The position numbers and the translations under genes are program-made. This document shows, in pieces, positions 51,410 to 64,000 of a DNA stretch of 64,000 nt; position 1 is the first letter of the stretch, and the number at the start of each line of letters is the position of its first letter. This DNA comes from Malacoraja senta (taxonomy: Eukaryota), in NCBI GenBank assembly GCA_038087875.1, contig CM075988.1, forward strand, positions 14,944,001 to 15,008,000, given 5' to 3'. Under the pieces are notes generated by a model that ran no database searches, was not told the DNA's origin, and saw only the letters and a list, made by a program, of their open reading frames with translations.

Positions 51410-51745
51410 GGTCCAATATGACTATTGATTTCTCTAACTTCAAGTAACCCTTGCATCCCCTTGCTCTCCATCCTTCCCCACCTCAGTCATTCACTGATGT
51501 CCTGCTGAGGTTCACTGTTTGTATTACTCGTTAATTGTGGGCACCAGCTTTCCTTGATCATTGTTGCTGGCTTTGATCTGTCTTTTTGCATATCTTTCAT
51601 TAAATTGTTCCATGTACCTTTTTAATATCTTCCCTCTCCCCTGACTCTTAGTCTGAAGTAGTGCCTCAACCCGAAAAGTGTCACCTATTCCTTTTCTCCA
51701 GAGATGCTGCCTGACCCGCTGAGTTACTCCAGCTTTTTGTGTTTA
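51410..51745 (+). mobile_element. Penelope-like 3' UTR and pLTR fragment
   Basis: End-of-ORF motif gatttctctaacttcaagtaa, degenerate hammerhead at about 51653 and pLTR tail. Confidence 0.65.
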
Positions 51746-53053
51746 TCCAATGAAATGCACGTCCAGTTTATCGAATGAGTTGGAGAGTTGAATCCTTGAG
51801 TAATGTAAGAGTGGGCAAGCTGGTTATTACAACATTTTGCAACATGATTGTATTGGTGAAGCTGAAGAGGAAAGCCTAGGTAATACTGTTGTAGTGTAGA
51901 TATGGCCCCTGAATCAGACGAGATAAGAGAACTTGAATGGCATAAGATCGGGAACTCCCAATGCATATGTGGAAAGACAAAGGGAGTAATCCACATCACT
52001 TGGGGGTGAAATGGGAGAGTACCTGAGGTAGGAAAGTACAAGAGAGAAGTTTGATAAGGCATGGGCATGTTCAAATGGAATGAGAATAGATGGGAAGGGA
52101 AGTCACTAAAATGGTACCACTGGGGAGAAGGGGAAGAGGAAGACTGAAGGTGAGATGGGAAAATATAATGTACATGGTTGTAAAAGAGAAGCTGAAAGAG
52201 AAGGTACATCTGACCAAAGCCAATAAAGAACCAGGAACTGCAACAACAGCTCCATTTAGATGGTACAAGCACTTGGGGAAAGTTGGAAATGGAGGACGGG
52301 GTGATGCTGGAGGGGGGATAATAATATAAGTTTTTGTGTTGATAAGGAGTGGCATAATGGTGCAGCAGTAAAGTTGCAGCGCCAGAGACCTGCGTGGGTT
52401 TTCTCTGGGTGTTCTGGTCTTCTCCCACACTGCAAAAATGTACAGGTTTGTAGGTTAATTGGCTGTTGTAAATTGTCCCTAGTATATAGGATGGTGTAGT
52501 GTATGGGGCGATCGTTGGTCGGCGCAGACTCAGTGGGCCGAAGGGCCTGTTTCCACACGGTATCTCTAAAGTCTAAAGTAAACATTCTCTGTATGAGGTA
52601 ATGCCTTTGATGCATGTACATCGTTTATTGCATCAGGTCTAAAAAATGTGCATGTGTCATTTTCACTCATCCACATGTCAGTAAATGGTATAAAAGTGAA
52701 ATATTTAGAAAGGATATTTGAAGATTCAACGTAGCTACACGTTAGGGGGAAGCCTGATTGATATAGTGAGTTGTGGTTGATGATAGCAGTCAAGGACAAG
52801 AGTTTTCTCCTCACTTTGATAAGCTCTTACCTTATCATTTTAATCCGTTCTGACAATTTTTAAGTAACAGTTTTCCAGTAGTTTTGACCAAAGCCAAGTT
52901 ATGTGGTTAGAAGATTTCTTTGTTAATTGAAGCCTTCCAAGTAAAATTCCCTGCCAAGAATCCCAGAAAGATATTTCATTCTGATATATTTTAGATACGG
53001 CCTTGCAGTTTGATTTATTCTAGATGTCATCTCACTCCCCAATTTTTCTGCAG

Positions 53054-53232
53054 GCCTTTTGAGTTTGGAAAAGTTATTGCGCCAGTTTCTTATTTCCAAG
53101 GACACCTTGTCGGTGCGAATGTTGGATCAAAATCAGGATTCAACACCACTCCTAAAGGAAATCCGAGATGACAAAATTGCAACGATAATTATTGATGCCA
53201 GTGCTTCAGTGTCACAATCAATCCTTCACAAG
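53054..53232 (+). CDS. GRIK4: Kainate receptor GluK4-like, coding exon 5 (179 nt)
   Basis: tttttctgcag acceptor, AAG|gtaggt donor. Encodes (C)[59 protein letters not shown]. Confidence 0.95.
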
Positions 53233-53904
53233 GTAGGTTTAACCTTAAGATTACTAAGTTGCAGTCAACCAGCGTCTAACCATTAATGAAAGCTCCCAAA
53301 CGAAACCAGAGAACTTGCTTAGATGCTTCAAATGATTATTTCTGCCAGTTACTGACTCATTGTTTCTGCTGTAATGTGAGATAGCAGATTTGTGCACCAT
53401 AATCAAAGCTGGTTGTTTCGTATTCTAATCTGTGAGGCTTTGTAAGACTTCCTGGGTGTGGGAAAGGTTGTAACAGATTTTTTCCCCTCTAACCTGATCC
53501 ATCGGTCATCACTTTTGATGGGAACATTTTGTACAAATCGTCTGGTGCAGAGATGGCCATTCTATACTCCTATCCTTGTGTTCCACATTCACAGGTTGAA
53601 GTTAAACAACCAGATGAGATGACATTTTGCACCGGCAGTTAATGTTAGCTGGGGTGTATAACAGCATTTCTGAATGCAAATGTTCCACTGATTACAGATA
53701 TGCATGTGGTCTGAATATTTATAACGCTGACGCCTCCCTAGTATTATCAGTTTCATTAAGGACAATGGTGCCATAACAATGAATGATTGTTAAATGATTC
53801 CTTATCCGGGATGCTAATAATGAGTCCAAAGCATCCATCTTCTTGGAAGTTTCCCCTTCAAGTGTTCCTCTGTGTGATAAACACACACCATCCAGTCCTA
53901 CTGA

Positions 53905-54270
53905 TAAGGTCATAAGTGATAGGAGCAGAATTAGGCCATTTGGCCCATCAAGTCTACTCCGCCATTCAATCTTGGCTGATCTATCTCTCCCTCCTAAACC
54001 CATTCTCCTGCCTTCTCCCCATAACCCCTGACACCAGTACTAACCAAGAATCTATCTGTCTGCCTTAAAAATATCAATTGACTTGGCATCCACAGCCTTC
54101 TGTGGCAAAGAATTCCACAGATTCACCACCCTCTGATGAAACAAAATCCTCCTCATCTCCTTCTTAAAGGAAAGTCCTTTAATTCTGAGGCTATGACCTC
54201 CAGTCCCAGACTCTCCCACCAGTGGAAACATCCTCTCCACATCCACTCTATCCAAGCCTTTCACTATTCG
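53905..54270 (-). mobile_element. CR1 LINE 3' fragment
   Basis: KGLDRVDVERMFP...QRVVNLWNSLPQKAV. Confidence 0.85.
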
Positions 54271-54660
54271 ATGCTCACAGGTTTCAGCATCCATGCCTGT
54301 TTGCAACATGATCATAGGTGGGAGATAATGAGTGGCAAGTACCATTTGCAGCACAAAAGTACCAGACGATGACAGAAGCAGAAGATTCAACCAGCTGCCC
54401 TTGATATTCAATGATATTGCCATCAATCTGTCTCCCAACATCCTTGGTGTCATCAATGATGATGAACTTATATTAAGCATATATGAATCAGATTAAAAGC
54501 CAGATGGTAGAGCTGCTGCCTCACCGTGCCAGAGACCTAGGTTCCATCCTCGCCTTGGGTGCTGTCTGTGTGGAGTTTGCCCATTCTCCCTGACTGTGCG
54601 GGTTTCCTCCGGTGCTCCTGAATCCTCACATATCCCAAACATGTGTGTGTTTATAGGTTA

Positions 54661-55320
54661 AGGGCCTGCCCCACGTGGCTGTAATTCGTGCGCCATTTAC
54701 GCGACCTGCTAGCGTGTGGGTAGCATGTGGGTAGCACGTGCATAGCGCGGGACGGGTGCATGGAGTGGTGTGGAGGAGTGTGGAGTGGCGTGGAGGAGTG
54801 TGGACTTCGTCCTGCACGAAATCTTCGTGCGCCACCGGCCTGTCGCGTAACTGACGACCAAAGTGGGACAGGCCCAAGACCCTGGCGCGGCGCAACGTCT
54901 CACCTCCAACAGCAGCAGAAGCAGGCAAACAATCGCCGAGCTCGGCCTGGGGCTCAGGGCCGTTGCGTATCCAGATCCGCCCCCACTCCTACTCCCAGAG
55001 CGTGGCCAAGACGATTGGAGATAGACACAAAATGCAGGAGTAACTCAGCGGGGCCGGCAGCATCTCTGGAGAGAAGCAATGGGTGACGTTTCGGGTCGAG
55101 ACCTTCAGATTGAAGAAGAGTCTCGACCCGAAACATCATCCATTCCTTTTCTCCAGAGATGCTGCCGGTCCCGCTGAGATACTCCTGCATTTTGTGTCCA
55201 TCTTCAAATGACGTCACACGCTCCAGACGGCTGTGCGGACGCATGATGACGCGCGGGACCGTCGCGCGTCAGTCACTACCGGCCTGTCGTGTAAATGACG
55301 GCCCAAGTGGGACTGGCCCT
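54661..55320. mobile_element. PIF/Harbinger-type MITE (copy 2, inverted relative to copy 1), inserted in a tRNA-SINE
   Basis: Termini agggcctgccccac / gtgggactggccct, flanks TTA/TAA. Internal 54816-55240 is the reverse complement of about 26336-26745. It splits the SINE at 54504-55450. Confidence 0.8.
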
Positions 55321-58300
55321 TAAATTGACATCTGTAAAATTCTCCCTCATGTGTACGTAGTGGATGCAAAAGTGAGATATATAGAACTGGTGTGAACAGA
55401 GGATTGGTGGTTGGCGTGGACTCTGAGGGCATGGAGTATCTGTAAACTAATGTAAATTTGCTGTGGGAGTCATACACCTCAAAACACTTTCCCTTTTCCA
55501 CCCCCCCCCCCCCAACCCCTCCGCCAACTCAATTGCAACACATGTCAGGAGTGTGATGGAATAGTCAACAAGTGCCTGGGTGAGGATGACAATTCTGAAG
55601 AAACAATACTTTCCTGGACAAAACAGCTATTTGTTTGGTGCCCTTTCCACCACCTTAAACATTGGTTCACTACGTCACAGTCGTACAGTGACTGTGGTGT
55701 GTGTTCCATTCATAAAGTGCAATGTAGATGTTTACTTTGGCCACTCCAAATGCGTCACCGTTCACAAACTCGTAACCACCACAACCTCAAAGGAGAAGGG
55801 TTGGTTTGGTTTGCGAGTTTATTATTATTGTTGTCATGTGTCGTAAGATACTGCGAAAATCGTGCCTCACTCATAGGTCACCATCCCTGCCTGATTATTT
55901 GAGAGACTGATATTCCCACCCAACCATCCCTCTCCTCCAAAATCCCACTGCCCAACCGAGACACTCTGCCAACTCTACTACCCTCAATGGAGGACAGACA
56001 CTGATGGTGGACCATTGCAGCCATTATCAACCAACTATTCTGGTCCATATGCAACTAAGTAATTCAAAATAAATTACATTGGTTCAGCTGGCCATTTAGC
56101 CCAACTCATCCACAACTGTACTTGCTCTGAGTATGACCTCGCGTTGTGGTAGTTTATCCGATTAACAAGGGTTCACCCTCAACCCCATGGCCACAATGGG
56201 ACCTAGCCCAACCATTATGCTGACCTTTAGAACTCTAATGTATAAATTCATTGATGGTTCCTCTCCTCTGTCCTCCTGAATAGTGTAGCAGGCATTTTTT
56301 TTAAATGAATAATGGGTAAATGAAGGACACATTTCCGCAAATAATTGAATTATTTGAATCAAATAAATCTTCTATGATTAAAATCATTTATTTTTTGTAG
56401 CAGTGGTGTCCTTTGTTCGTTACACACTCTGTCTAACTGTAAACTAGTTCAGGAATTACAACCAGAGGCAGGCCGATGGCAATAGGCAAGGAAATTTGTT
56501 GTAATTTTGATGCATTCACTCTGAGCAAAAAGGATGGATATAAGGAATGTAGCATCAGTGGGAGAGGGCTCCCGCAGATGGAAGTGTGAGTATAGCAAAT
56601 GAACAAAGGAATTATTGTAATTGCATCACGGAGAAAACATTTGGCACCATGCAAGTAACTGAATCAGTTAACAAGCATTTTGCTGCAAACACAATTGTCG
56701 TTAAAAGGGTGACGAGATAAGCTCCAAATACAACACTTCATGATTATCGCAGATATTATGGCAGAGTAATCTATTGTACTAACTTGGAATGTATAAAACC
56801 TTATGAGCCATTTGATTTAGTTTTGTGAATGCTGGTAGGAACTCACAACAATCAGTTGCTTCCATGCCAATGAAATGCATCATCAGTAAAAGCCTTGTGT
56901 ATGCTTCCATACCTTTTAGACTCAGTTTTATCTGTGTCCCTTGCTACATCCTATCATCCTGTACCCCACATATAAAATACAGTTACTGTATGTTATTCTG
57001 TCCCACTCACACTTTACTGCCCTCGCCACTAATGTTCTCCATCCCCCACAATACTGGAGTATAATTTCACATGTACTGTACAGAACTTGTCCTACTTTCA
57101 ATGCATTGTGCTGCAAAGGACAAACGTGTTGGGAGAGCAGGGTAGTGTTCCCTTACTGCTCTTTTACTGAAAGTAATAAAATTGTTGAGTGAAGATTTTG
57201 AAGTGCACTCGGAGGCAGAGATTCAAACTGCATTACACTGTTGTTGGTAGGTGGGTGGATCGTAATATCACACATAATGCAGCTGGCTACATTTTGCTGG
57301 GATGGAGATTATGCAAATAGAAGCTGGGAAATCTGGGAGAGAAAGAATTAAACATGGAAATGACCACACAAAAAACACGGATAATGGGTTCTCAGTGAAG
57401 GCTGAGGTTGAACTGGATGTGAGCAAGATCACATAGTTTTAAATAATTGGATAAAAAGAATATGTGGCTTGACACTAAACTCCAAGTCAAACAAATTGGC
57501 TGCATTTTGCTTGGGGTGGAGGTTATGCAATTAATATTACGGCCACATATACTGACACCGTGGTTGTTAATTCCTAATGCAGAAAAGAAATGCTGCAGCA
57601 AACCTCTTCTTCAAACAGAGAGTGATATAACAGAGGTTTTCCAAAGCCCTTGGGATCTGGCTCAGTAGAATCTCTTTCCTCTAACAATCAGATCATAGAT
57701 TTAAGTCTCACACTGAGACTGTTAAAATCCAGAATGCACAACCTGAGATGGAGGTGGAATCCAATTGTGTAAAGAATTTAAAAACAAAACTAGATTTATG
57801 TTTAAGGGTAACTAATTTCCAGAGAATGGGAGAAAACCTCAGTGTGGGATTACCCTGAACAGCTTATCCAAAGACCCAGCACAGACACAATAGATTGAAT
57901 GGCCACTGTACCAATAGAGACTAAGCATGATTCCAAATGAACTTTGGTCTCTGGATCCTTTGTAGAAGGAGTATATGCTCTTTTAGCATGGTCCTTATCT
58001 ATAGTAATCCATGCAATGTTGAAACCTTCCATGCCAGTCAGCCACACATGGAGCATTGGGGATTGCCTTCAGCCATCTCTCCCTTCCGACTTGCAGAAAA
58101 AGAATGGGAAAGGGAAAAAAAAAGAAAGGTAGAAAACAGAACAAACACACAAATTTAAGGCATGTCGTTATAAACGTAGTATTGCCAAACAGTATTTGCT
58201 AATTACAGATGGAGATAGGAAGAATGAAAGTTAATTAATCCTCGTGATGTACTTTGCAGCATTGAGACAATTTTGGCTTAAGTTCATTCTCCAGCTCATT

Positions 58301-58935
58301 TCCTGTCTGGTTTTGAATGGAATGGAGTTGTGACATAACTCAACCCTCATGTTATAGATAAAAAACAGAAAATGCTGGAACTTGTCAGCAAGTCAGGCAG
58401 CATCTGTGGAGGGGGAACAAAGTTAACATTTCACATCAATGACCCTTTGCCTCAACTAGAAAAGTGAGAGGACAAATGTGTTTGAAGTTGCAGATGAAGA
58501 AGGAATAGAAAGAACGGATGGAATTGCTGTGAGTTGTGCAAGACAAAGCTATCAGGTTGAACATGACTTTAAATTAACGTGTCTGGTCATTTGGTCATAT
58601 CTTCTTGTGACAATGTTCAGAGAGAACTCCAGAAAATGACATTTATTCGTCTCTTCCAGACAAAAGCCAGCAGAAAAGGACATAATTTAAAATTAGTGAA
58701 GAATGGCTGTATTTATAGCAGATCTTACAATTTTATTTTACTCAGAAGGTGATAACAGTTTGAAATAATCTGTATATTATATATAGACACAGCTGAATGT
58801 TCAGTTGGGTGAACACAATGATCAATTGAGACTAATTCATGGTTTCTTGTATTTCTCAAATGTATGGAAGATTTGTGAATTCTAAAATCGGTGTCAATGG
58901 ATGCAGTAACTTGCACTTTTAAACTTGTTTTCCAG

Positions 58936-58989
58936 GCTGTGGAGTTGGGAATGACATCCACCTACTACAACTACATCTTTACATCACTG
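58936..58989 (+). CDS. GRIK4: Kainate receptor GluK4-like, coding exon 6 (54 nt)
   Basis: ttttccag acceptor, CTG|gtaaag donor. Encodes AVELGMTSTYYNYIFTSL. Confidence 0.93.
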
Positions 58990-60454
58990 GTAAAGTAATG
59001 CCAAGCATCCAATGGTTAAGACTATCTACCTAGCAGAGTTCTTTCATTCTTTAATGCAAAAGTGTTTTGTACAGCGTTTGAATTGGGTTAGAAATGCTCC
59101 CTTTCCAGTTAATCTGCTTCAGCTCACAGCATTTGTGATGTTTTCAACATTGGTATCTGCTGAACTCAGATAATTTCTGGCAGCTTTGACCAAGTAGTAT
59201 TGTTCGGACTGCATAAAAGATCCTGACGTAATGGATGACAGTCCTTGTGAACTACAGTACCTATTAAAATGTTGAAGCAAAGCAAAAGTCTAGAAGAATT
59301 ATCCCTTTGCAACATCTGCAGTGAGATGCTAACAAAGGAGTGATTCTTATGAAGAATAACGCAGAAGGGTTTTCTTTGTTCACAGTCTTTCTTTATTCAA
59401 CAGTGTCCATATATAATTGCAGTATGGTTCAGCACCCAGACTAGATCAGAGGCTGGTGAGTTCGGAGGGTGGGTTGCTACTAAGTGATGGCAAGAGAGGT
59501 GAAGAGATGAGGAAGGTGCACAACAGAAAGAAATTCAGTAATATCTGAAGGCAACAACATATCTCATTATTAAAATTAGGAACAGTTTCTGCAAATGCAT
59601 CTTCATAGAGAAAGCATTGATGTAGACACAAGACACTGCAGATGTTGGAATCTTGAGTAAAACACAAAGTGCTGGAGGAACTCGGAGGGTCAGGCAGCAT
59701 TTTTGCAGGGAAAATTGCAGGGTGACATTTCGGGGCAGGACCCTTCTTCAAACTGATTCTGCCTGAAAGCATAGATGGCTTAGTTCTACATCAGATTCAA
59801 GATTATATCAATGTCGATTCATTCGAAACAGGCCCCAGTAAATTACTTTTATATCTATCTCTGTGCCATTTCTGAAAGCACAAAAATAATAATACAGATA
59901 TTGGTAATACATGTAAATTTCAGACTTCTCCGGGAGGACAGAATCTCCCTCAACAAGAAGGCAGATAATGGAATCAAAGCTAGATTACAATGTATTGAAG
60001 TGCTCCTTTGCAACTAAATTACTGTTTATGATGTTAAACAAAAATCAAATCTTCAGTCAGCATGGTAACTGCCACATATTATGCAGAGTAATATACACTG
60101 ATTTGGAAGGGACTGCCATCAAAATTCTCCATTTGGAAAGGGTGATTAAATGTGGTGTGTGATGAGCAAATGAATGCTCCCCATCAGGGCCCTTGAGGAT
60201 TATCTTACACACGTACAACGTCAACTCTGGCCACAGAGGCACCACCAATGTAGATGTAGCTCCATGCTATCATTGCACGTTGTTCGATGCCACTGACCAC
60301 CTCTGTGTGTTAGAGCTCCCTTGTGTGAACACAGAGGTATGCACATCACAGGCTTTGCAGAACATATGTTAATAAACAAGTCATACTTTACAATTGGTTA
60401 CTTGAAGAGGTTTTGTTGCATTGTGCATGTAAACATTGTGCTTTATCATACTAT

Positions 60455-60762
60455 TTTAGACTTTAGAGATACAGCGTGGAAACAGGCCCTTCGACCCACC
60501 GAGTCCGTGCCGATCTGCGATCCACCCGTACACTGACACTATCTTACACACTCGGGACAATTTACAATTTTTACCTAAGCCAATTAACCGACAAACCTGT
60601 ACGTCTTTGGAGTGTGGGAGGAAACCGAAGCACCCGGAGAAAACCCAAATAGTCACAAAGAGAACGTACCAACTACATACAGACTGCACCCTTAGTCAGG
60701 ATTGAACCCAGGACTCTGGTGCTGTAAGGCAGGAGCTCTACCACTACGCCACTGTGCCACCC
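60455..60762 (-). mobile_element. tRNA-derived SINE (HE1-like)
   Basis: Reverse complement of the same family. Further partial copies at about 2040-2180, 36155-36457, 42690-42886 and 52350-52580. Confidence 0.85.
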
Positions 60763-61154
60763 AAAATCCCGTTCACCTCCCCAAAAATCCTATTTCTAGT
60801 ACTGTTGTTGTTAAATTGTAGTGAGATAGAGCTCTGTTAGATGCAACACAGATAGAGGGGACAGTGGCAAGGAAACCTCACTGGCTGAGTTTCAAATTCC
60901 TCTGGGCAGATGGACTGACTATTCTGCTCAAAAATTGGTGCATGAAAAAGGCTGTATTTTTATTTCCAAATTGAACAGTTGATTAACATTGTAGATACAA
61001 GGACTAATCAGGGATATCATGATTTAATCTACAATCTGAGTTAAATTAGTAAATAATAGAGACAAATTCAGAGTAAAATGGATTAAAGTATTCTTTTGCA
61101 ACTTATTCACAGTTTATGAAACATAAAATATACTAGCATTAGTCAGTGTTAATT

Positions 61155-61545
61155 GCCACGGCATACAGCATGGAAACAGGCTCTTCGGCCCAATTTGCCC
61201 ATGCCAACTAAGATGCTCTATGGACACTCATCCCACCTGCCCACTTTTGTCCTATATCCTAAACTTTTCCTATCCATGTACCTACCCAAATGGCTTTTAT
61301 ATATTGTTAAAGTACCTGCCTCAACTATCTCCTCTGGCAGCTTGTTTCATATACCAAACACCATGTGTATGAAAAAGTTGTCCCTCAGGATACTTTTACG
61401 TAATTTTCCTCTCATCTTAAGTCTATGTCCTCTGCTTCTTGATTCCCCTACTCCTGGTAAAATACTCTGTGCATTCACCCTATCTGCTCATCTCATGTTG
61501 TACACCTTTATAAGATTACCTCTCAGCCAGCCATGCTCCAAGCCA
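61155..61545 (-). mobile_element. CR1 LINE 3' fragment
   Basis: Reverse complement of the ORF2 end and tail (acagcatggaaacaggctcttcggcccaa). Confidence 0.75.
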
Positions 61546-62020
61546 GGAATATGCAGAGTAATGGGATGATACTGTTCTGTATTGGCGTCAGGAAGGGGAA
61601 GACAGCCAGGGTTCCAACTTCTATTCTTGCCATGTCATTCATGGGTAAAACCTTGGGGATGACAATTTAGATTCATGTTCTTTATCACTGTCCAGGTTTG
61701 GAGATGGAGAAATCAACCAGGTTTTCTAATAACAGCCCATTATTTCCTAGATTGAAGAGAGAAGTGTCAGAGAGAGCTGCAGTCAACCCGGCTTGCAGCT
61801 CCTAAATGCTTTGCGCTGATGGTTTTGAAAATGCAGAAGTAGAAGCATGAAAAGAAGCAGGATTGGGATGCAGAGGCAATAGCTTGTAATGTAATGTTTG
61901 ATGGATAAATAGTAAGAAGATGCATTGAACTTTGCAAGACCACATTAAAAATATGAAAATAAATGATATCAAAGAATGGATTAGAAAATAAGCCTATTTA
62001 TTATTCCTCTTTCACTCCAG

Positions 62021-62182
62021 GAGTTTCCTCTTCTCCATTTTGAGGGTCAAATTGAAGAACATGTGAATATCCTGGGCTTTTCAATCACTAACCAAGATCA
62101 TCCACATTATAATGACTTTGTTCACAGTCTAAACAAATCATGGCAGGAAAACTGTGCTCATTCACCTTATTCTGGAGCAGCA
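62021..62182 (+). CDS. GRIK4: Kainate receptor GluK4-like, coding exon 7 (162 nt); gene continues beyond the window
   Basis: ttcactccag acceptor, GCA|gtaagt donor. Encodes EFPLLHFEGQIEEHVNILGFSITNQDHPHYNDFVHSLNKSWQENCAHSPYSGAA. Confidence 0.95.
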
Positions 62183-63691
62183 GTAAGTACCTGACTTAGT
62201 ACAAATTAATCTGGATAGCCTTCGTTAATTGGAATTAATTGGCAGCCTCACTTTTAACACAATAACCTGAAGTTTGATATCAGTGAATAAGAATATGAAT
62301 GCATTATCCATTTCTTCAATACATTTTTGTGTGTTTTTGAATTTTATTATAAAGTGTTTTCTTGTCAATAGTGTGAATGCAAAGCTCCCAGCTTTTGCTG
62401 TAGCAATGTTGATTGGTTGCATTTGATAATGTTTTAATCATGGGCCAAGATGCAGGCAGTTGCAAGCTACGCACTGTGTAATTACTTAGTGCAGCAGTTA
62501 AACCGCTACCTTCAATTGAGTTTGATTTCTAAATAGATTTTCTTACTCAGAGTAGTGAGATGTAGCCTTGCAATACTTTATGAACTGTTATAGAATCACG
62601 CAGTTATAAAATACAGTCACAGGCCATTTGGCCCACCATGTCCATGCTAACCAATAAGCACCCATCTATATCAATTCCATCTTCCAGTACCAGGCCTTTT
62701 GCACCATTCAAGTGCTCACAGCAGTATTACTGTGGATTTTTTTAGGGTTCTTTTTTAATTTATTAAACGTTCTTTTATTTATTGTGTGATATATATTTGC
62801 TGTGTTTACAGACGTATTATGCTGCTGCAAGTAAAACATTAATTGTTCCACTTTTGTTACATATGATAATTAAACACTCTTAAACTGGACACTTCTGAAA
62901 TGTTGTCAGCAACTCTGCTTTTATCACCCCTCCCCCTGGTGAAACCTTGTTTGAAGAGCCTCGTAGGATATCTTCCCTCAGTATTGAAGTAACGCATTCC
63001 TTGTCAGAACAGAGATTAATATTCGATATTCCAAAATATGTTTGATAAGGTGCCAAATAATGTTTGGGATATGGAAATTGCAGGGAAAAAAAGAACAGAG
63101 AAAACCTGAGTAATTTAATTTGCTCAGGGAAAAGATAGAAAAACTAGAGATGATTAGATATATTTCAGACTGGAGAGAAGCCTCCCGGAGCTCAGTAATA
63201 CCAAATCTTTGAAACACCTATCTAATTAGCTTCCTTTCACAGCCCTTTTCCCAGAGCTGAAAATAGGTATATTTTTAGTGAAAATTCATCCTCCCCCTTC
63301 TTAAATACCCATTTAAAATGACTGAAATTCACTTTTTTGTTAGAAGTATTATGATATGGGGATCCATCAATCAATTACGTATGAATAAAGGTCACATTTA
63401 CGAAGTTTCAAATTTCAATGACCATCTAACTAAAAGAACCAGGGTTCTGGAGAGTTTGAATTGCCTGCAATAGCTGCAGTCAGCAGCAATTCCCAATGGT
63501 TTAAAAACTAATACATAAAATCCTCCAGGCTCCATACATGCTGCATTCAATTTGATCTCCACAAGCCCTAGGACATGATTGTTCATGTTAGGCAGGGGTC
63601 TGCTTTGCCCTCTGCCCACATTTCTCTATGTCTTGGCCCCACAAATTGATTATAAATTATTGTTTGCTCAGTCTGCCTGCCTTTCTTGACT

Positions 63692-63832
63692 TTCTCTCTC
63701 TATCTCTCTCTCTCTATCTCTCCCTTTCTGTCTCTGTCTCTGTCTCAGTCTCTCTCTATCTGTCCCTCTCCCTCTCTCTCTCCCTCTCTCTCTCTCCCCC
63801 CCTCACTCTCCCCCTCTCTCCCCCTCTCTCCC
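63692..63832. repeat. Imperfect (CT)n polypyrimidine microsatellite
   Basis: Direct read. Confidence 0.9.
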
Positions 63833-64000
63833 GATTATCTTAATTCAAAACTGCAGCACTCGCATGAGGGAAAATCTGATATGGTTAAGCATTTTTTTTG
63901 GTGTGAAATATGTTCTTTTTAGCCAATTATTAGTGATGGATGAAGCTAGAATGTTCTATCCTCAACAGAATTTATCAAGATACTCTGTGTAATAAATGAC

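Noticed and set aside
51724..52428. 234-aa minus-strand ORF and most other ORF-track entries
   Set aside because: They span SINE, pLTR or low-complexity sequence with no recognisable domain or splice context, so they are chance ORFs.
59428..59445. REST/RE1 site (TTCAGCACC)
   Set aside because: Left half-site only; the GGACAG half is absent.

Overview
This is eukaryotic, intron-rich genomic DNA. The repeat landscape points to a cartilaginous fish, most likely a skate or ray (inference). The window holds the 5' part of a + strand kainate-type glutamate receptor gene of the GluK4/GluK5 subfamily. Seven GT-AG coding exons (27299-27374, 32169-32333, 35605-35702, 37867-38032, 53054-53232, 58936-58989, 62021-62182) splice in frame to 300 aa, covering the signal peptide and most of the amino-terminal domain; the gene continues past the window. 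A CpG-rich region at about 13.4-14.5 kb is the likely promoter. The rest is mostly mobile-element debris: CR1, L1/Tx1, Rex1/Babar, Penelope-like elements, tRNA-SINEs and PIF/Harbinger-type MITEs. Five signals stand out. (1) A 203-bp TSD-flanked retroelement whose 5' end is exactly the first nucleotide of an HDV-like ribozyme fold. (2) About 20 Penelope-derived minimal hammerhead ribozyme motifs, three with fully intact cores. (3) A DNA-transposon MITE family that carries a captured hammerhead hairpin, present in two inverted copies bracketing the first five coding exons. (4) A receptor sequence intermediate between GRIK4 and GRIK5. (5) A minisatellite built from TAATCC and CCAAT motifs. Repeat boundaries without a stated TSD are approximate, and all family assignments come from motif recognition, not database searches.
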